Shown one piece after another: positions 52,440 to 63,504 of a stretch of 64,000 nt of DNA (position 1 is the stretch's first letter; every line of letters starts with the position of its first letter). The translations under genes were made by a program, and so were the position numbers. The notes beneath the pieces are model-generated. The model searched no databases and was not told where the DNA came from. It saw only the letters and a program-made list of their open reading frames with translations. Source of the stretch: Streptomyces sp. (GTDB lineage: Bacteria; Actinomycetota; Actinomycetes; Streptomycetales; Streptomycetaceae); contig NZ_DATCVQ010000709.1 in NCBI RefSeq assembly GCF_036566765.1, forward strand, positions 7,200 through 71,199. The letters are read 5' to 3'.

Positions 52440-53123
52440 TTAATGAGCGGAGCCCGCCGTGTTTACTGCATGTTGCGAAGTCCTCACACGGTCCCGATCG
52501 GGGTGCCGTAGCCGGTGCAGCGACAGGGTGCGCTCGGCGTGCAGCGCGGTGAGCGAACGGGCCCGTTCCGCGTCGCTGCGCGCCACCGCGTCCACGATCG
52601 CTCCGTGCTCCGCCCAGGTCTCCACCGGCCGGCTGGAGGTCTCCACGACGTACATCCAGGCGATCTTGTGCCGCAGCTGGGTGAGCAGCGAGGTGAGCGC
52701 GGGGCTGCCCGAGGCCTGCGCGAGGGTCTCGTGGAACCAGCCGCCGAGCGAGCGCAGGTCCTCGCCCTGGCCCCGCCGGGCCCGCTCCTGACCCAGCCGG
52801 ACCAGGCCGCGCAGCACCTTGAGGTGCGCCTCGGTGCGCCGGTGGGCGGCCCGCGCGGCGCCCAACGGCTCCAGCAGGGCGCGGACGTCCAGCAGGTCGG
52901 CGGCCTCCTGCTCGGTCGGTTCGGCGACATGCGCGCCCGCGTGCCGGCGGCTCACCACGAAACCCTCGGACTCCAGGGTGCGCAGCGCCTCGCGGACCGG
53001 GACGCGGGAGACTCCGTACCGCTGGGCGAGCTGCTCCTCGGTCAGCCGGCTGCCCCGCTCGAAGACCCCGGAGACGATGTCGTCCCGGATCGCCGTGCAC
53101 ACCGAATGCGCGGGAATGCGCAT
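52440..53123 (-). CDS. GntR (FadR/FCD) family regulator
   Basis: LTEEQLAQRYGVSRVPVREALRTL; FCD domain with FHETL and EHGAIVDAV. Confidence 0.9.
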   Translation of the reverse strand: MRIPAHSVCTAIRDDIVSGVFERGSRLTEEQLAQRYGVSRVPVREALRTLESEGFVVSRRHAGAHVAEPTEQEAADLLDVRALLEPLGAARAAHRRTEAHLKVLRGLVRLGQERARRGQGEDLRSLGGWFHETLAQASGSPALTSLLTQLRHKIAWMYVVETSSRPVETWAEHGAIVDAVARSDAERARSLTALHAERTLSLHRLRHPDRDRVRTSQHAVNTAGSAH

Positions 53124-53261
53124 GTCCGACCTCCGCCTTAATCTGCGTGAAACCCATCCGACGGGTCTTTGTTCGCCGACTCTTCGGTGACTCTATTGCA
53201 GCGGAGCGATATTTCCGACGGCTACCTGTTAACCATGGATCTCTTTTGGCCGCCAAAAAGC

Positions 53262-53290
53262 CCCGACTCCGTACGAGCCGGGGCTTTTCT
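53262..53290 (-). terminator. Intrinsic terminator of the M23 gene
   Basis: AAAAGCCCCG-actccgtacgagc-CGGGGCTTTT. Confidence 0.65.
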
Positions 53291-53313
53291 CCGTGGCGGG
53301 GAGGATCCGAGGA

Positions 53314-54084
53314 TCAGACGTTCACGCCGCGGGCGCGCAGGTACGCGACCGGGTTGATGTCGGAGCCGTAGTCGGGGCTGGTGCGGGCCTCGAAGTGGAG
53401 GTGCGGGCCGGTCGAGTTGCCGGTCGAGCCGGAGACGCCTATCTGCTGGCCCGGCATGACGGACTGGCCGACCGAGACGCTGATCGCGGACAGGTGGCCG
53501 TACTGGGTGTACGTGCCGTCGTTCATCCGGATCACGATGTTGTTGCCGTACGCGCCGCCCCAGCCGGCCTCGACGACGGTGCCGGCGCCGACGGCGACGA
53601 CCGTGCTGCCCGAGGGAGCGCGGAAGTCGATGCCGGAGTGGCTGCCGGAGGACCAGAGCGCGCCGCCGGCCTTGTAGCCGGTGGTGACGTGCGAGCCGGC
53701 GACGGGCAGCCGGAAGGAGTTGAGGCGCTTGCGCTCGGCCTCGCGGGCGGCACGCTCCCTCTCCTCGCGGATCTTCTTGGCGCGGGCCTCGGCCTTGCGC
53801 TTCGCCTCGGCCTCGGCCTTCGCCTTGGCGGCGGCCTCGAAGGCCTCCTGCTCCTGGGCGGCGGCCTGAGCGTTGATCCTGTCCGCGAGCGAGTCCACGC
53901 TGATGGCCTGGGTCAGGCCTGTGTCGTCGAGGGCGCGGGCTTCCGTGTCGGCGGCGAGCGCCGGGGAGGCGAGGGTTCCGATGACGCCGGTGGTGGCGAG
54001 GGTCGCGACGCCGGCGATGCCCGCGCTGCGGCGCGCCAGACGGCTCGGACCACGATGCTTCCCGGTGGCACGGGTGAACGCCAT
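53314..54084 (-). CDS. M23 family metallopeptidase (peptidoglycan hydrolase)
   Basis: HSGIDF, YGHL, STGPHLHFE; signal-like N-terminus. Confidence 0.92.
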   Translation of the reverse strand: MAFTRATGKHRGPSRLARRSAGIAGVATLATTGVIGTLASPALAADTEARALDDTGLTQAISVDSLADRINAQAAAQEQEAFEAAAKAKAEAEAKRKAEARAKKIREERERAAREAERKRLNSFRLPVAGSHVTTGYKAGGALWSSGSHSGIDFRAPSGSTVVAVGAGTVVEAGWGGAYGNNIVIRMNDGTYTQYGHLSAISVSVGQSVMPGQQIGVSGSTGNSTGPHLHFEARTSPDYGSDINPVAYLRARGVNV

Positions 54085-54099
54085 GTAGTGGCTGATCCT

Positions 54100-54262
54100 T
54101 TCCTTCCTTCTCGCCTACCGGGTTAGCTGACGGGTTCGGAGCAGGAAGGTCTCCTACGGGCCCCTCCGCCTGGCGGCGAAGGCGTCCGATTCACCCCAGG
54201 GACTGAGTGGGTCCCCGGCTCCCCAGGCTCGCGCCTTCGGGGACTCGGCGATGACTGTCCGT
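54100..54262 (-). ncRNA. c-di-AMP (ydaO/yuaA) riboswitch
   Basis: Minus strand CGCCGAG...GGGGACCC...GGGGTGAAT...GTAGGAGACCTT...CCGAACCCGTCAGCTAACCCGGTAGGC directly upstream of a cell-wall hydrolase. Confidence 0.92.
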
Positions 54263-54471
54263 TGCCGCGAATGCGGCGTGTGCAACCGACGAACAGCCGG
54301 ATCGACGCTAAACGGACCATCTTTCAATCGCCAAACAGACACGCCCGTTTGTAGCGCATCCCACAGGGCATAGGCTCGCGTTCTCCAATCAACCGGACAA
54401 AGGGGAGGACCCCGACGTATCGTGACGTCGGGGTCCTCGCGGGGCCTCTCGTGGCCTCTGGCTCGGTTCAA

Positions 54472-55869
54472 TCAGCCCGTCACGACGGTGACTTCGCCGA
54501 TGCCGAGCGCGCGCACCGGCTCCTCGATCTCGGCGGCGTCGCCGACGAGGACGGTCACCAGCCGGTCCACCGGGAAGGCGTTGACGACGGCCGCCGTCGC
54601 CTCGACCGTGCCCGTCTCGGCGAGACGCGCGTACAACTGCGCCTGGAAATCGTCCGGAAGGTGCTGCTCGACCTGGTCGGCGAGGGTGCCGGCGACCGAG
54701 GCCGCGGTCTCGTACTTGAGCGGCGCGACGCCCACCAGGTTCTGCACGGCCACATCGCGCTCGGCGTCCGTCAGACCGTCGGCCGCGAGGGTGCGCAGCA
54801 CCTTCCACAGGTCGTCAAGTGCCGGGCCGGTGTTGGGGGTGTCGATCGAGCCGCTGATGGCGAGCATCGACGCGCCGTGCCCCTGGCCGTCCGAGCGGAG
54901 CACCTGGCCGAAGGCCCGGACACCGTAGGTGTATCCCTTCTCCTCGCGCAGCACGCGGTCGAGCCGGGAGGTGAGGGTGCCGCCGAGGCAGTACGTGCCG
55001 AGCACCTGGGCCGGCCACACGCGGTCGTGTCGGTCGGCGCCGACGCGGCCGATCAGCAGCTGGGTCTGGACCGCACCGGGGCGGTCGACGATGACCACGC
55101 GGCCCGTGTCGTCGGCCGTGATCGGCGGGACCGGACGCGGCTCGGCCGTGTCGCCGCTCCAGTCGCCGATGGTGTCGGCCAGCACGGCGTCCAGGTCGAC
55201 GCCGGTGAGGTCGCCGACGACCACGGCGGTGGCCGTGGCGGGCCGGATGTGCGCCTCGTAGAAGGCGCGCACGGCCGCCGCGTCGATCGCGGCCACGGTC
55301 TCCTCGGTGCCCTGGCGCGGCCGCGACATGCGCGAACTGGCCGGGAACAGCTCCTTGGAGAGCTGCTTGGCCGCGCGGCGGGCCGGGTTGGCCGTCTCGT
55401 GCGGGATCTCGTCGAGCCGGTTGCGCACCAGGCGCTCGATCTCGGTGTCGACGAACGCGGGCGCGCGCAGCGCCTCGGAGAGCAGGCCCAGCGCCTTCGG
55501 CAGCCGGGAGACCGGGACCTCCAGGGAGACCCGTACGCCCGGGTGGTCGGCGTGCGCGTCCAGCGTGGCGCCGCAGCGCTCCAGCTCGGCGGCGAACTCC
55601 TCGGCGGAGTGCTTGTCGGTGCCCTCGGACAGCGCTCGCGCCATGATCGTGGCGACGCCGTCCAGGCCCGCCGGCTCGGCCTCCAGCGGGGCGTCGAGGA
55701 AGATCTCGACGGCCACCACCTGCTGGCCGGGGCGGTGACAGCGCAGCACCGTCAGCCCGTTGTCGAGCGCGCCGCGCTCGGGGGCCGGGAAGGCCCACGG
55801 GCGGGCGGCGCCCGGCTGCGGCTGCGGGTGGAACTCCATGCTCGTCAAAGACGCGGCAGCGTCGCTCAC
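54472..55869 (-). CDS. M16 family peptidase, non-catalytic partner subunit
   Basis: M16 fold features (LGGTLTSRLDRVLREEKGYTYG) without HxxEH; GTGA-coupled to the upstream gene. Confidence 0.85.
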   Translation of the reverse strand: MSDAAASLTSMEFHPQPQPGAARPWAFPAPERGALDNGLTVLRCHRPGQQVVAVEIFLDAPLEAEPAGLDGVATIMARALSEGTDKHSAEEFAAELERCGATLDAHADHPGVRVSLEVPVSRLPKALGLLSEALRAPAFVDTEIERLVRNRLDEIPHETANPARRAAKQLSKELFPASSRMSRPRQGTEETVAAIDAAAVRAFYEAHIRPATATAVVVGDLTGVDLDAVLADTIGDWSGDTAEPRPVPPITADDTGRVVIVDRPGAVQTQLLIGRVGADRHDRVWPAQVLGTYCLGGTLTSRLDRVLREEKGYTYGVRAFGQVLRSDGQGHGASMLAISGSIDTPNTGPALDDLWKVLRTLAADGLTDAERDVAVQNLVGVAPLKYETAASVAGTLADQVEQHLPDDFQAQLYARLAETGTVEATAAVVNAFPVDRLVTVLVGDAAEIEEPVRALGIGEVTVVTG

Positions 55870-57224
55870 TGGTCGGCTCCCTCTTCCTCGTCGCTGTCGC
55901 TCTGTCCGTCGCCCTGGCCGGCGGTGACCGGCTCGTACACCAGCACCGCACGGTTGTCGGGGCGCAGCTTGGCCGCGGCGACCGCCTGCACCTCCTCGGC
56001 GGTGATGTCCAGGACCCGGTTCACGGCGGTCAGCGCCAGCTGCGGGTCGCCGAACAGCACCGCGAACCGGCACAGTTCGTCGGCGCGGCCGGCGACCGTG
56101 CCGAGCCGGTCCAGCCACTCGCGCTCCAACTGCGCCTGGGCGCGCTCCATCTCCTCGGGCGTCGGGCCCTCGGCGGCGAACCGGGCCAGCTCCTCGTCGA
56201 CGGCCGACTCGATCAGCGGCACCTCGACGCCGCCGGAGGTCTTCACGTCCAGCCAGCCGAGCGAGGGCGCGCCGGCCAGCCGCAGCAGGCCGAAGCCGGC
56301 CGCGACGGCCGTGCGGTCGCGGCGGACCAGCCGGTTGTGCAGCCGGGAGGACTCGCCGCCGCCGAGGACGGTCAGGGCCAGGTCGGCCGCGTCGCACTCA
56401 CGGGTGCCGTCGTGCGGCAGGCGGTACGCGGCCATCAGCGCGCGGGCGGGCACCTCCTCCTCGACGACCTCGCGCAGCTGCTCGCCGATCGTCTCCGGGA
56501 GCGTCCCGTCGCGCGGCGGCTGCTTGCCGTCGTGCGAGGGGATGGAGCCGAAGTACTTCTCGATCCAGGCGAGGGTCTGCGCGGGGTCGATGTCGCCGAC
56601 GACCGACAGCACCGCGTTGTTCGGCGCGTAGTAGGTGCGGAAGAAGTTCCGGGCGTCCTCGAGGGTGGCGGCGTCCAGGTCGGCCATGGAGCCGATCGGG
56701 GTGTGGTGGTACGGGTGGCCCTCGGGGTAGGCGAGCGCGGTGAGCTTCTCGAAGGCGGTGCCGTACGGCACGTTGTCGTAGCGCTGGCGGCGCTCGTTCT
56801 TGACGACGTCGCGCTGGTTCTCCATGGACTCGTCGTCCAGGGCCGCCAGCAGCGAGCCCATGCGGTCGGCCTCCAGCCACAGCGCCAGCTCCAGCTGGTG
56901 CGTGGGCATGGTCTCGAAGTAGTTGGTGCGCTCGAAGCTCGTGGTGCCGTTGAGCGAGCCGCCGGCGCCCTGCACCAGCTCGAAGTGCCCGTTGCCCGAG
57001 ACCTGCTTCGAGCCCTGGAACATCAGGTGCTCGAAGAGGTGCGCGAGGCCGGTGCGGCCCGGGACCTCGTGGCGCGAGCCGACGTCGTACCAGAGGCAGA
57101 CCGCGGCGACCGGGGTCAGGTGGTCCTCGGAGAGCACCACGCGCAGGCCGTTGGCCAGCCGGTGCTCGGTTGCTGTCAGGCCGCCGGAGCCGGCCTGGGC
57201 TGTGGCCGTGTGACCCATGGGCAT
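55866..57224 (-). CDS. M16 family zinc peptidase, catalytic subunit
   Basis: WYDVGSRHE, GLAHLFEHLMFQGS (HxxEH), NGTTSFERTNY. Confidence 0.9.
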   Translation of the reverse strand: MPMGHTATAQAGSGGLTATEHRLANGLRVVLSEDHLTPVAAVCLWYDVGSRHEVPGRTGLAHLFEHLMFQGSKQVSGNGHFELVQGAGGSLNGTTSFERTNYFETMPTHQLELALWLEADRMGSLLAALDDESMENQRDVVKNERRQRYDNVPYGTAFEKLTALAYPEGHPYHHTPIGSMADLDAATLEDARNFFRTYYAPNNAVLSVVGDIDPAQTLAWIEKYFGSIPSHDGKQPPRDGTLPETIGEQLREVVEEEVPARALMAAYRLPHDGTRECDAADLALTVLGGGESSRLHNRLVRRDRTAVAAGFGLLRLAGAPSLGWLDVKTSGGVEVPLIESAVDEELARFAAEGPTPEEMERAQAQLEREWLDRLGTVAGRADELCRFAVLFGDPQLALTAVNRVLDITAEEVQAVAAAKLRPDNRAVLVYEPVTAGQGDGQSDSDEEEGADQ

Positions 57225-57404
57225 GTACGTCCCTTCGATCGCGATGTGGCAAAGTCCTGCCACTGTATGCAAGCGCACCGGCACCTCGCGAAGTTCCCGC
57301 CGCATCGGACTGTCCCTCTTCCGGGTCGCGGTCGGCACTGTCGGTGGGACGGTCCACAATGGTCCGCGTCAGATCAACCTTGTTGGTAAGGAGCCGCAGC
57401 CGCG

Positions 57405-59861
57405 ATGGCCCGCCGCAGCACGAAGACACCGCCGCCGGAAGACGCGTTCGAGGAGAGGATCCTCGACATCGACGTCGTCGACGAGATGCAGGGCTCCTTC
57501 CTCGAGTACGCGTACTCGGTGATCTACTCGCGGGCCCTGCCCGACGCACGCGACGGCATGAAGCCGGTGCAGCGCCGCATCGTCTACCAGATGTCCGAGA
57601 TGGGGCTGCGCCCCGACCGGGGGTACGTGAAGTGCGCCCGCGTCGTCGGCGAGGTCATGGGCAAGCTGCACCCACACGGCGACGCGTCGATCTACGACGC
57701 GCTGGTGCGCATGGCGCAGCCGTTCTCCATGCGACTCCCGCTGGTCGACGGTCACGGCAACTTCGGCTCGCTCGGCAACGACGACCCGCCGGCCGCGATG
57801 CGGTACACCGAGTCCAAGATGGCCGCCGCGGCGCTGATGATGACGGAGTCGATCGACGAGGACACCGTCGACTTCTCCCCGAACTACGACGGCCAGGAGC
57901 AGGAGCCGGTGACGCTGCCGGCGGCGTACCCGAACCTCCTGGTCAACGGCGCGTCCGGGATCGCCGTCGGCATGGCGACGAACATGCCGCCGCACAACCT
58001 GGGCGAGGTGATCGCCGCCGCCCGGCACCTGATCCGGTACCCGCACGCGGACCTCGAGGCGCTGATGCGCTTCGTGCCCGGCCCGGACCTGCCGACCGGC
58101 GGCCGGATCGTCGGCCTGTCCGGGATCAAGGACGCGTACGAGTCCGGCCGCGGCACCTTCAAGATCCGCGCCACGACGTCGATCGAGAACGTGACGCCGC
58201 GCCGCAAGGGCATCGTCGTCACGGAACTGCCGTTCACGGTCGGCCCGGAGAAGGTCGTCTCCAAGATCAAGGACCTGGTCGGCTCGAAGAAGCTCCAGGG
58301 CATCGCCGACGTCAAGGACCTCACCGACCGGGCCCACGGCCTGCGGCTGGTCATCGAGGTGAAGAACGGCTTCGTGCCCGAGGCGGTCCTGGAGCAGCTG
58401 TACAAGCTGACGCCCATGGAGGAGTCCTTCGGCATCAACAACGTGGCGCTGGTCGACGGCCAGCCGCTGACGCTGGGCCTGAAGGAGCTCCTGGAGGTCT
58501 ACCTGGACCACCGCTTCGACGTGGTCCGGCGCCGCTCCGAGTTCCGCCGCGGCAAGAAGCGGGACCGGCTGCACCTGGTCCTGGGTCTGCTGGTCGCCCT
58601 GCTGGACATCGACGAGGTCATCCGGCTGATCCGGGAGAGCGACAACTCGGCGCAGGCGAAGGAGCGCCTGATGGAGCGCTTCTCGCTGAGCGAGATCCAG
58701 ACGCAGTACATCCTGGACACCCCGCTGCGCCGGCTCACCAAGTTCGACCGCCTGGAGCTGGAGACCGAGCGCGACCGGCTCACCGGCGAGATCGACGAGC
58801 TGACGAAGATCCTGGAGTCGGACGCGGAGCTGCGCAAGCTGGTCTCGGCCGAACTGGCCGCGGTGGCGAAGAAGTTCGGCACCGACCGGCGCACGGTCCT
58901 CCTCGAGTCGGCTGGCGCGCCGGTCGCGGCGGTGGCCCTGCAGGTCGCGGACGACCCGTGCCGGGTGCTGCTCTCCTCCACCGGCCTGCTGGCCCGTACG
59001 GCGACGGCGGAGCTGTCGGCCGCCGAGGACGGCAAGCGGGCCAAGCACGACGTGATCGTCTCGGCGGTGCCGGCCACCCAGCGCGGCGACGTCGGCGCGG
59101 TGACCTCGGCCGGGCGGCTGCTGCGGCTGTCGGTGATCGACCTGCCGCAGCTCCCGGACACGGCGGCCGCGCCGAATCTCGCGGGCGGCGCGCCGATCGC
59201 GGAGTTCCTGTCCCTGGAGGCGGACGAGACGGTGGTCTGCCTGACCACCCTCGACGAGTCCTCGCCGGGCCTGGCGCTCGGCACGCTGCAGGGCGTGGTG
59301 AAGCGCGTCGTGCCGGACTATCCGGCCAACAAGGACGAGCTGGAGGTCATCACCCTCAAGGACGGTGACCGGATCGTCGGCGCGACCGAACTGCGCACCG
59401 GCGAGGAGGACCTGGTCTTCATCACCACCGACGCGCAGCTGCTGCGCTTCCAGGCCTCGCAGGTGCGGCCGCAGGGCCGCCCGGCGGGCGGCATGGCGGG
59501 CATCAAGCTCGCCGAGGGCGCGGAGGTCATCTCGTTCACCGCGGTGGACCCGGCGGCGGACGCGGTCGTGTTCACGGTCGCCGGCGCGACCGGCACCCTG
59601 GACGCCTCGTCCGCCACGTCGGCGAAGCTGACCCCGTTCGACCAGTACCCCCGCAAGGGCCGCGCCACCGGCGGCGTCCGCTGCCAGCGCTTCCTGAAGG
59701 GCGAGGACATCCTGCTCCTGGCCTGGGCCGGCGCAACCCCCGCCCACGCCGCCCAGCAGAACGGCACCCCGACGGACCTCCCGACCATCGACCCCCGCCG
59801 AGACGGCTCAGGCACCCCCTTGGCAAAGCCGGTGGCGGTACTGGCGGGCCCGGCGAGCTAG
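57405..59861 (+). CDS. parC: DNA topoisomerase IV subunit A (GyrA/ParC family)
   Basis: [29 protein letters not shown]-terminal pinwheel repeats without a recognisable GyrA box. Confidence 0.85.
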   Translation: MARRSTKTPPPEDAFEERILDIDVVDEMQGSFLEYAYSVIYSRALPDARDGMKPVQRRIVYQMSEMGLRPDRGYVKCARVVGEVMGKLHPHGDASIYDALVRMAQPFSMRLPLVDGHGNFGSLGNDDPPAAMRYTESKMAAAALMMTESIDEDTVDFSPNYDGQEQEPVTLPAAYPNLLVNGASGIAVGMATNMPPHNLGEVIAAARHLIRYPHADLEALMRFVPGPDLPTGGRIVGLSGIKDAYESGRGTFKIRATTSIENVTPRRKGIVVTELPFTVGPEKVVSKIKDLVGSKKLQGIADVKDLTDRAHGLRLVIEVKNGFVPEAVLEQLYKLTPMEESFGINNVALVDGQPLTLGLKELLEVYLDHRFDVVRRRSEFRRGKKRDRLHLVLGLLVALLDIDEVIRLIRESDNSAQAKERLMERFSLSEIQTQYILDTPLRRLTKFDRLELETERDRLTGEIDELTKILESDAELRKLVSAELAAVAKKFGTDRRTVLLESAGAPVAAVALQVADDPCRVLLSSTGLLARTATAELSAAEDGKRAKHDVIVSAVPATQRGDVGAVTSAGRLLRLSVIDLPQLPDTAAAPNLAGGAPIAEFLSLEADETVVCLTTLDESSPGLALGTLQGVVKRVVPDYPANKDELEVITLKDGDRIVGATELRTGEEDLVFITTDAQLLRFQASQVRPQGRPAGGMAGIKLAEGAEVISFTAVDPAADAVVFTVAGATGTLDASSATSAKLTPFDQYPRKGRATGGVRCQRFLKGEDILLLAWAGATPAHAAQQNGTPTDLPTIDPRRDGSGTPLAKPVAVLAGPAS

Positions 59862-59902
59862 GGCCTCGCGGCCCCGGCCATGATCCGCCGGACAGGCCCT
59901 AG
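59858..59902. repeat. REP-like palindrome between parC and the cobW-like gene
   Basis: CTAGGGCCT...TGATCCGCCGGACAGGCCCTAG overlapping the parC stop. Confidence 0.7.
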
Positions 59903-59906
59903 TCGG

Positions 59907-60956
59907 TCAGGACTCGGCCGGCTCGTCCTCGGTGCGAGGTGCGTAGCGCAGGACGCCCCACATGCTCTGTTCGTCGGGGGTGTCCTGCGGGCCGTTCTGT
60001 TCGCAGGCGGCCAGGGCCTTGCGGAGGGCTGCGGCGTCGATGTCGGAGCCGATGAGGACGAGCTGGGTGAGGCGTTCCTCGCCGGGCGGCCAAGGCTCGG
60101 GGTAGAAGCGCAGGAAGCGGCCGACCGCGTGCACGGTGTAGCGGTTGGCCGGGTCGGCGGCGCCGAAGTCGACGAAGCCCTTGATCCGGTAGAGGCCCTC
60201 GGGCCGGGAGTCGAGGAACGTCATGAGGCGGCGCGGGTGCACCGGGACGTCGGAGGCGTGCGAGAGCGTCTCGTAGGCGGCGTGCGGATGCGCGTGGGCG
60301 TCCTCGTCCGCGTACAGGATGTCCTCGATGGACATCTGCCCCTCGATCTCGCCCTCGGGCGCCACTCGGTCGAAGAGCAGCTCCGGGTCGAGCCGGCCGT
60401 ACGCGGCGGTGATCACCGCCGCGCGCCCCGCGAGCCGGCCGACCGCCTCGCGCACGGCCGTCAGCTCCTCCTCGCCGACCCGGTCGGCCTTGTTGACGAC
60501 GACGAGGTCGGCGATGGCCAGATGGCGGTCGGTCTCCGGGTGCCGGTCCCGGGTGGCGTCGAACTCGGCCGCGTCCACGACCTGCACCAGGCCGCCGTAG
60601 ACGATCCGCTCGTTCTCGCTGGCCAGCACCATCCGGACCAGCTCCTGCGGCTCGGCGAGCCCGCTGGCCTCGATCACGATCACGTCGAGGCCGACCTCGG
60701 GGCGGGTGAGCACCTCCAGGTATGTATCGAGCTCGCTCGCGTCGACGGCACAGCACAGGCACCCGTTGCCGAGCGACACCGTGGAGCCGACCTGACCGGC
60801 CACGGTCATCGCGTCGATGCCGATGTCGCCGAAGTCGTTGACCATGACCCCGATGCGGGTGCCGCGGGAACTGCGCAGCAGATGGTTGAGCAGGGTGGTC
60901 TTGCCGGAGCCGAGGAATCCCGCGAGGACGATCACGGGAATCTGCTGCGTGCTCAA
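59907..60956 (-). CDS. CobW/COG0523 family GTP-binding metallochaperone
   Basis: GFLGSGKTT, VNDFG, GCLCC, EASGLAEP, NKAD, RIKG. Confidence 0.9.
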   Translation of the reverse strand: MSTQQIPVIVLAGFLGSGKTTLLNHLLRSSRGTRIGVMVNDFGDIGIDAMTVAGQVGSTVSLGNGCLCCAVDASELDTYLEVLTRPEVGLDVIVIEASGLAEPQELVRMVLASENERIVYGGLVQVVDAAEFDATRDRHPETDRHLAIADLVVVNKADRVGEEELTAVREAVGRLAGRAAVITAAYGRLDPELLFDRVAPEGEIEGQMSIEDILYADEDAHAHPHAAYETLSHASDVPVHPRRLMTFLDSRPEGLYRIKGFVDFGAADPANRYTVHAVGRFLRFYPEPWPPGEERLTQLVLIGSDIDAAALRKALAACEQNGPQDTPDEQSMWGVLRYAPRTEDEPAES

Positions 60957-61102
60957 AGAGCTGCGCCTTTCGCTGGCTGGTGCGGTTCTCTGCCTGCCGA
61001 GGGCAGGCCCTGGGCAGGCCCTCCAGGATAGGCGGGGGCTCTGAAGGGCCGATCTTGTCCGAGATTTCCGGTCGCCCTCCCCTGGCCTTTACCGTTCCTC
61101 CC

Positions 61103-62827
61103 ATGACCTCACCCGCCGCAGCTCCCCCGCCGCCCGCCGTCCGGCGGCGTCGGCTGGGCTGGCCGCGGCGGATGTTCTCGCAGGTCCTGCTCATGCAGCT
61201 GGCCATCGCCACCGGCGTCACCGTGCTGGCCACCGGGCTCTTCCTGGCCCCGCTGAGCGCCCAGCTCGACGACCAGGCCATGCGCCGCGCGCTCGCCATC
61301 GCCGAGACGACCGGGACGCCGCGCGTCGCGGCCGACGTGGTCGGCACGCCGCCCAGCGCAGCCGGGCCGGTGCAGGCCGAGGCCGAGCGGATCCGGCGGA
61401 CCACCGGGGCCGAGTACGTGGTCGTGATGGACACCCGGGGCGTGCGCTGGTCGCACACCGACCCCGCCCAGATCGGCAGGGTCGTCTCCACCGACCCCAG
61501 CGCCGCGCTCGCGGGCCACGAGGTCATGGAGATCGACAGCGGCACCCTGGGCCGCTCCGCGCGCGGCAAGGCCCCGCTGAGGGACGGCGACGGGCGCATC
61601 GTGGGCGCCGTCTCCGTGGGCATCGAGTACGACAGCGTCCGCGACCGGCTGCTGGCCGCGATCCCCGGGCTGCTCGCGTACGCCGGCGGCGCCCTGGCCG
61701 TCGGCGCGCTCGCCGCGTACCTGATCTCCCGCCGCCTCCAGCGCCAGACCCGCGACCTGGCCTTCTCCGACATCGCCGCGCTGCTCGCCGAGCGTGAGGC
61801 GATGCTGCACGGCATCCGCGAGGGCGTCGTCGCGCTCGACCGGGCCGGCCGCGTCCGGCTGATCAACGACGAGGCGCAGCGGCTCCTCGGCGTGGGCCCC
61901 GAAGCGGCCGGGCGGCCGCTGGACGAGGTGCTGGGCGCGGGCCGCACCACCGACGTGCTGGCAGGCCGGGTCACCGGCGAGGACCTGGTGACCGTGCGCG
62001 GGCATCGCGTGCTCATCGCCAACCGGATGCCCACCGACGACGGCGGCGCGGTCGCCACCCTGCGCGACCGCACCGAGCTGGAGCAGCTCGGCCGCGAGCT
62101 GGACTCCACGCGTGGCCTCATCGACGCCCTGCGCGCCCAGGACCACGAGCACGCCAACCGCCTGCACACCCTGCTCGGGCTGCTGGAGCTGGAGATGCAC
62201 GACGAGGCCGTCGAGTTCGTCACCGAGGTCGTCGGCGTGCACCGGGCCACCGCCGAGCAGGTGACCGAGAAGGTCCACGACCCGCTGGTCGCCGCTCTCC
62301 TGGTCGGCAAGGCCACCGTGGCCGCCGAGCGGGGCGTCTCGCTCCGGATCGCCCCCGGCAGCCTGCTGCCGGACCGCGTGGTCGACCCGCGCGAGCTGGT
62401 CACCGTGGTCGGCAACCTCGTCGACAACGCCCTGGATGCGGCCGCCGGCACCGCTGACGCCCGGATCGAGGTCGCGCTGCACGCGGAGGGCCGCACGGCG
62501 GTGCTGCGGGTGACCGACAGCGGCCCGGGCGTCCCGGAGGCGCGCCGGGAGCTGATCTTCACCGAGGGCTGGACGACCAAGGAGCTGCCGTCGCACGGCA
62601 AACGCGGGCTGGGACTGCCCCTGGTGCGCCGGCTCGCCGAGCGTCAGGGCGGCAGCGCCCGGGTCGGCGCGGCGGCGGACGGCGGGGCCGAGTTCACCGT
62701 CGTACTGCCGGAGGCCCTGACGGACGCGCCGGAAGACCGGCCCGGCGCCGACGAGGGCGCCGACGGGAGCGCCGCGGGCACGGGCCCGTTCCCCAGTCCC
62801 GCCGCCGCGACCGAGGAGTCCCGGTGA
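61103..62827 (+). CDS. CitA/DcuS-like sensor histidine kinase
   Basis: Cache-type sensor domain, PAS, LRAQDHEHANRLH, GNLVDNALDA, DSGPG, GLGL. Confidence 0.88.
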   Translation: MTSPAAAPPPPAVRRRRLGWPRRMFSQVLLMQLAIATGVTVLATGLFLAPLSAQLDDQAMRRALAIAETTGTPRVAADVVGTPPSAAGPVQAEAERIRRTTGAEYVVVMDTRGVRWSHTDPAQIGRVVSTDPSAALAGHEVMEIDSGTLGRSARGKAPLRDGDGRIVGAVSVGIEYDSVRDRLLAAIPGLLAYAGGALAVGALAAYLISRRLQRQTRDLAFSDIAALLAEREAMLHGIREGVVALDRAGRVRLINDEAQRLLGVGPEAAGRPLDEVLGAGRTTDVLAGRVTGEDLVTVRGHRVLIANRMPTDDGGAVATLRDRTELEQLGRELDSTRGLIDALRAQDHEHANRLHTLLGLLELEMHDEAVEFVTEVVGVHRATAEQVTEKVHDPLVAALLVGKATVAAERGVSLRIAPGSLLPDRVVDPRELVTVVGNLVDNALDAAAGTADARIEVALHAEGRTAVLRVTDSGPGVPEARRELIFTEGWTTKELPSHGKRGLGLPLVRRLAERQGGSARVGAAADGGAEFTVVLPEALTDAPEDRPGADEGADGSAAGTGPFPSPAAATEESR

Positions 62828-63504
62828 TCGAGGTCCTGGTCGTGGACGACGATGTGCGCGTCGCGCAGATCAACGCCGCGTACGTCGGCAAGGTTCCCGG
62901 CTTCCACGTCGCCGGGACCGCCCACTCCGCCGCCGAGGCCCTCGCCCGCCTCGACGACACCGCCGTGGACCTGATCCTCCTCGACCACTACCTGCCGGAC
63001 GGGAACGGCCTCGGCGTCGTCCGCGAACTGCGACGGCACGGCCGCCACACCGACGTGATCATGGTGACCGCGGCCCGCGACGTGGCGACCGTCCAGGCGG
63101 CGATGCGTCACGGCGCGCTGCAGTACCTGGTCAAGCCGTTCACCTTCGCCGGCCTGCGCGCCAAGCTGGAGGCGTACGCGGGGCTGCGCCGCACCCTCGA
63201 CGGCGGCGGCGAGGCGGAGCAGGCCGAGGTCGACCGGATCTTCGGGGCACTGTCCGCCGGGGCGACCGCCCCCGAGCTGCCCAAGGGACATTCGCCGACG
63301 ACCGCCGAACTGGTCCGGCAGGTCCTGCTGTCCGCCGACGGGGCGCTGTCCACGCAGGACATCGCGGAGCGGGCGGGTGTGAGTCGGCAGACCGCCCAGC
63401 GCTATCTCAAGCTCCTGGAACGCTCGGGCCGGGTGCGGCTGTCGCTCAAGTACGGCGAGACGGGCCGGCCCGAGCACCGGTACGTCTGGGTCTCGTCCGT
63501 CTGA
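62824..63504 (+). CDS. CitB-family response regulator
   Basis: VLVVDDD, LLDHYLPD, YLVKPF, GVSRQTAQRYL HTH; GTGA overlap with the kinase. Confidence 0.9.
   Translation: MIEVLVVDDDVRVAQINAAYVGKVPGFHVAGTAHSAAEALARLDDTAVDLILLDHYLPDGNGLGVVRELRRHGRHTDVIMVTAARDVATVQAAMRHGALQYLVKPFTFAGLRAKLEAYAGLRRTLDGGGEAEQAEVDRIFGALSAGATAPELPKGHSPTTAELVRQVLLSADGALSTQDIAERAGVSRQTAQRYLKLLERSGRVRLSLKYGETGRPEHRYVWVSSV

Noticed and set aside
57405-59861. DNA gyrase subunit A (gyrA)
   Set aside because: No gyrB or oriC context and no recognisable GyrA box; it matches the Streptomyces topoisomerase IV subunit.
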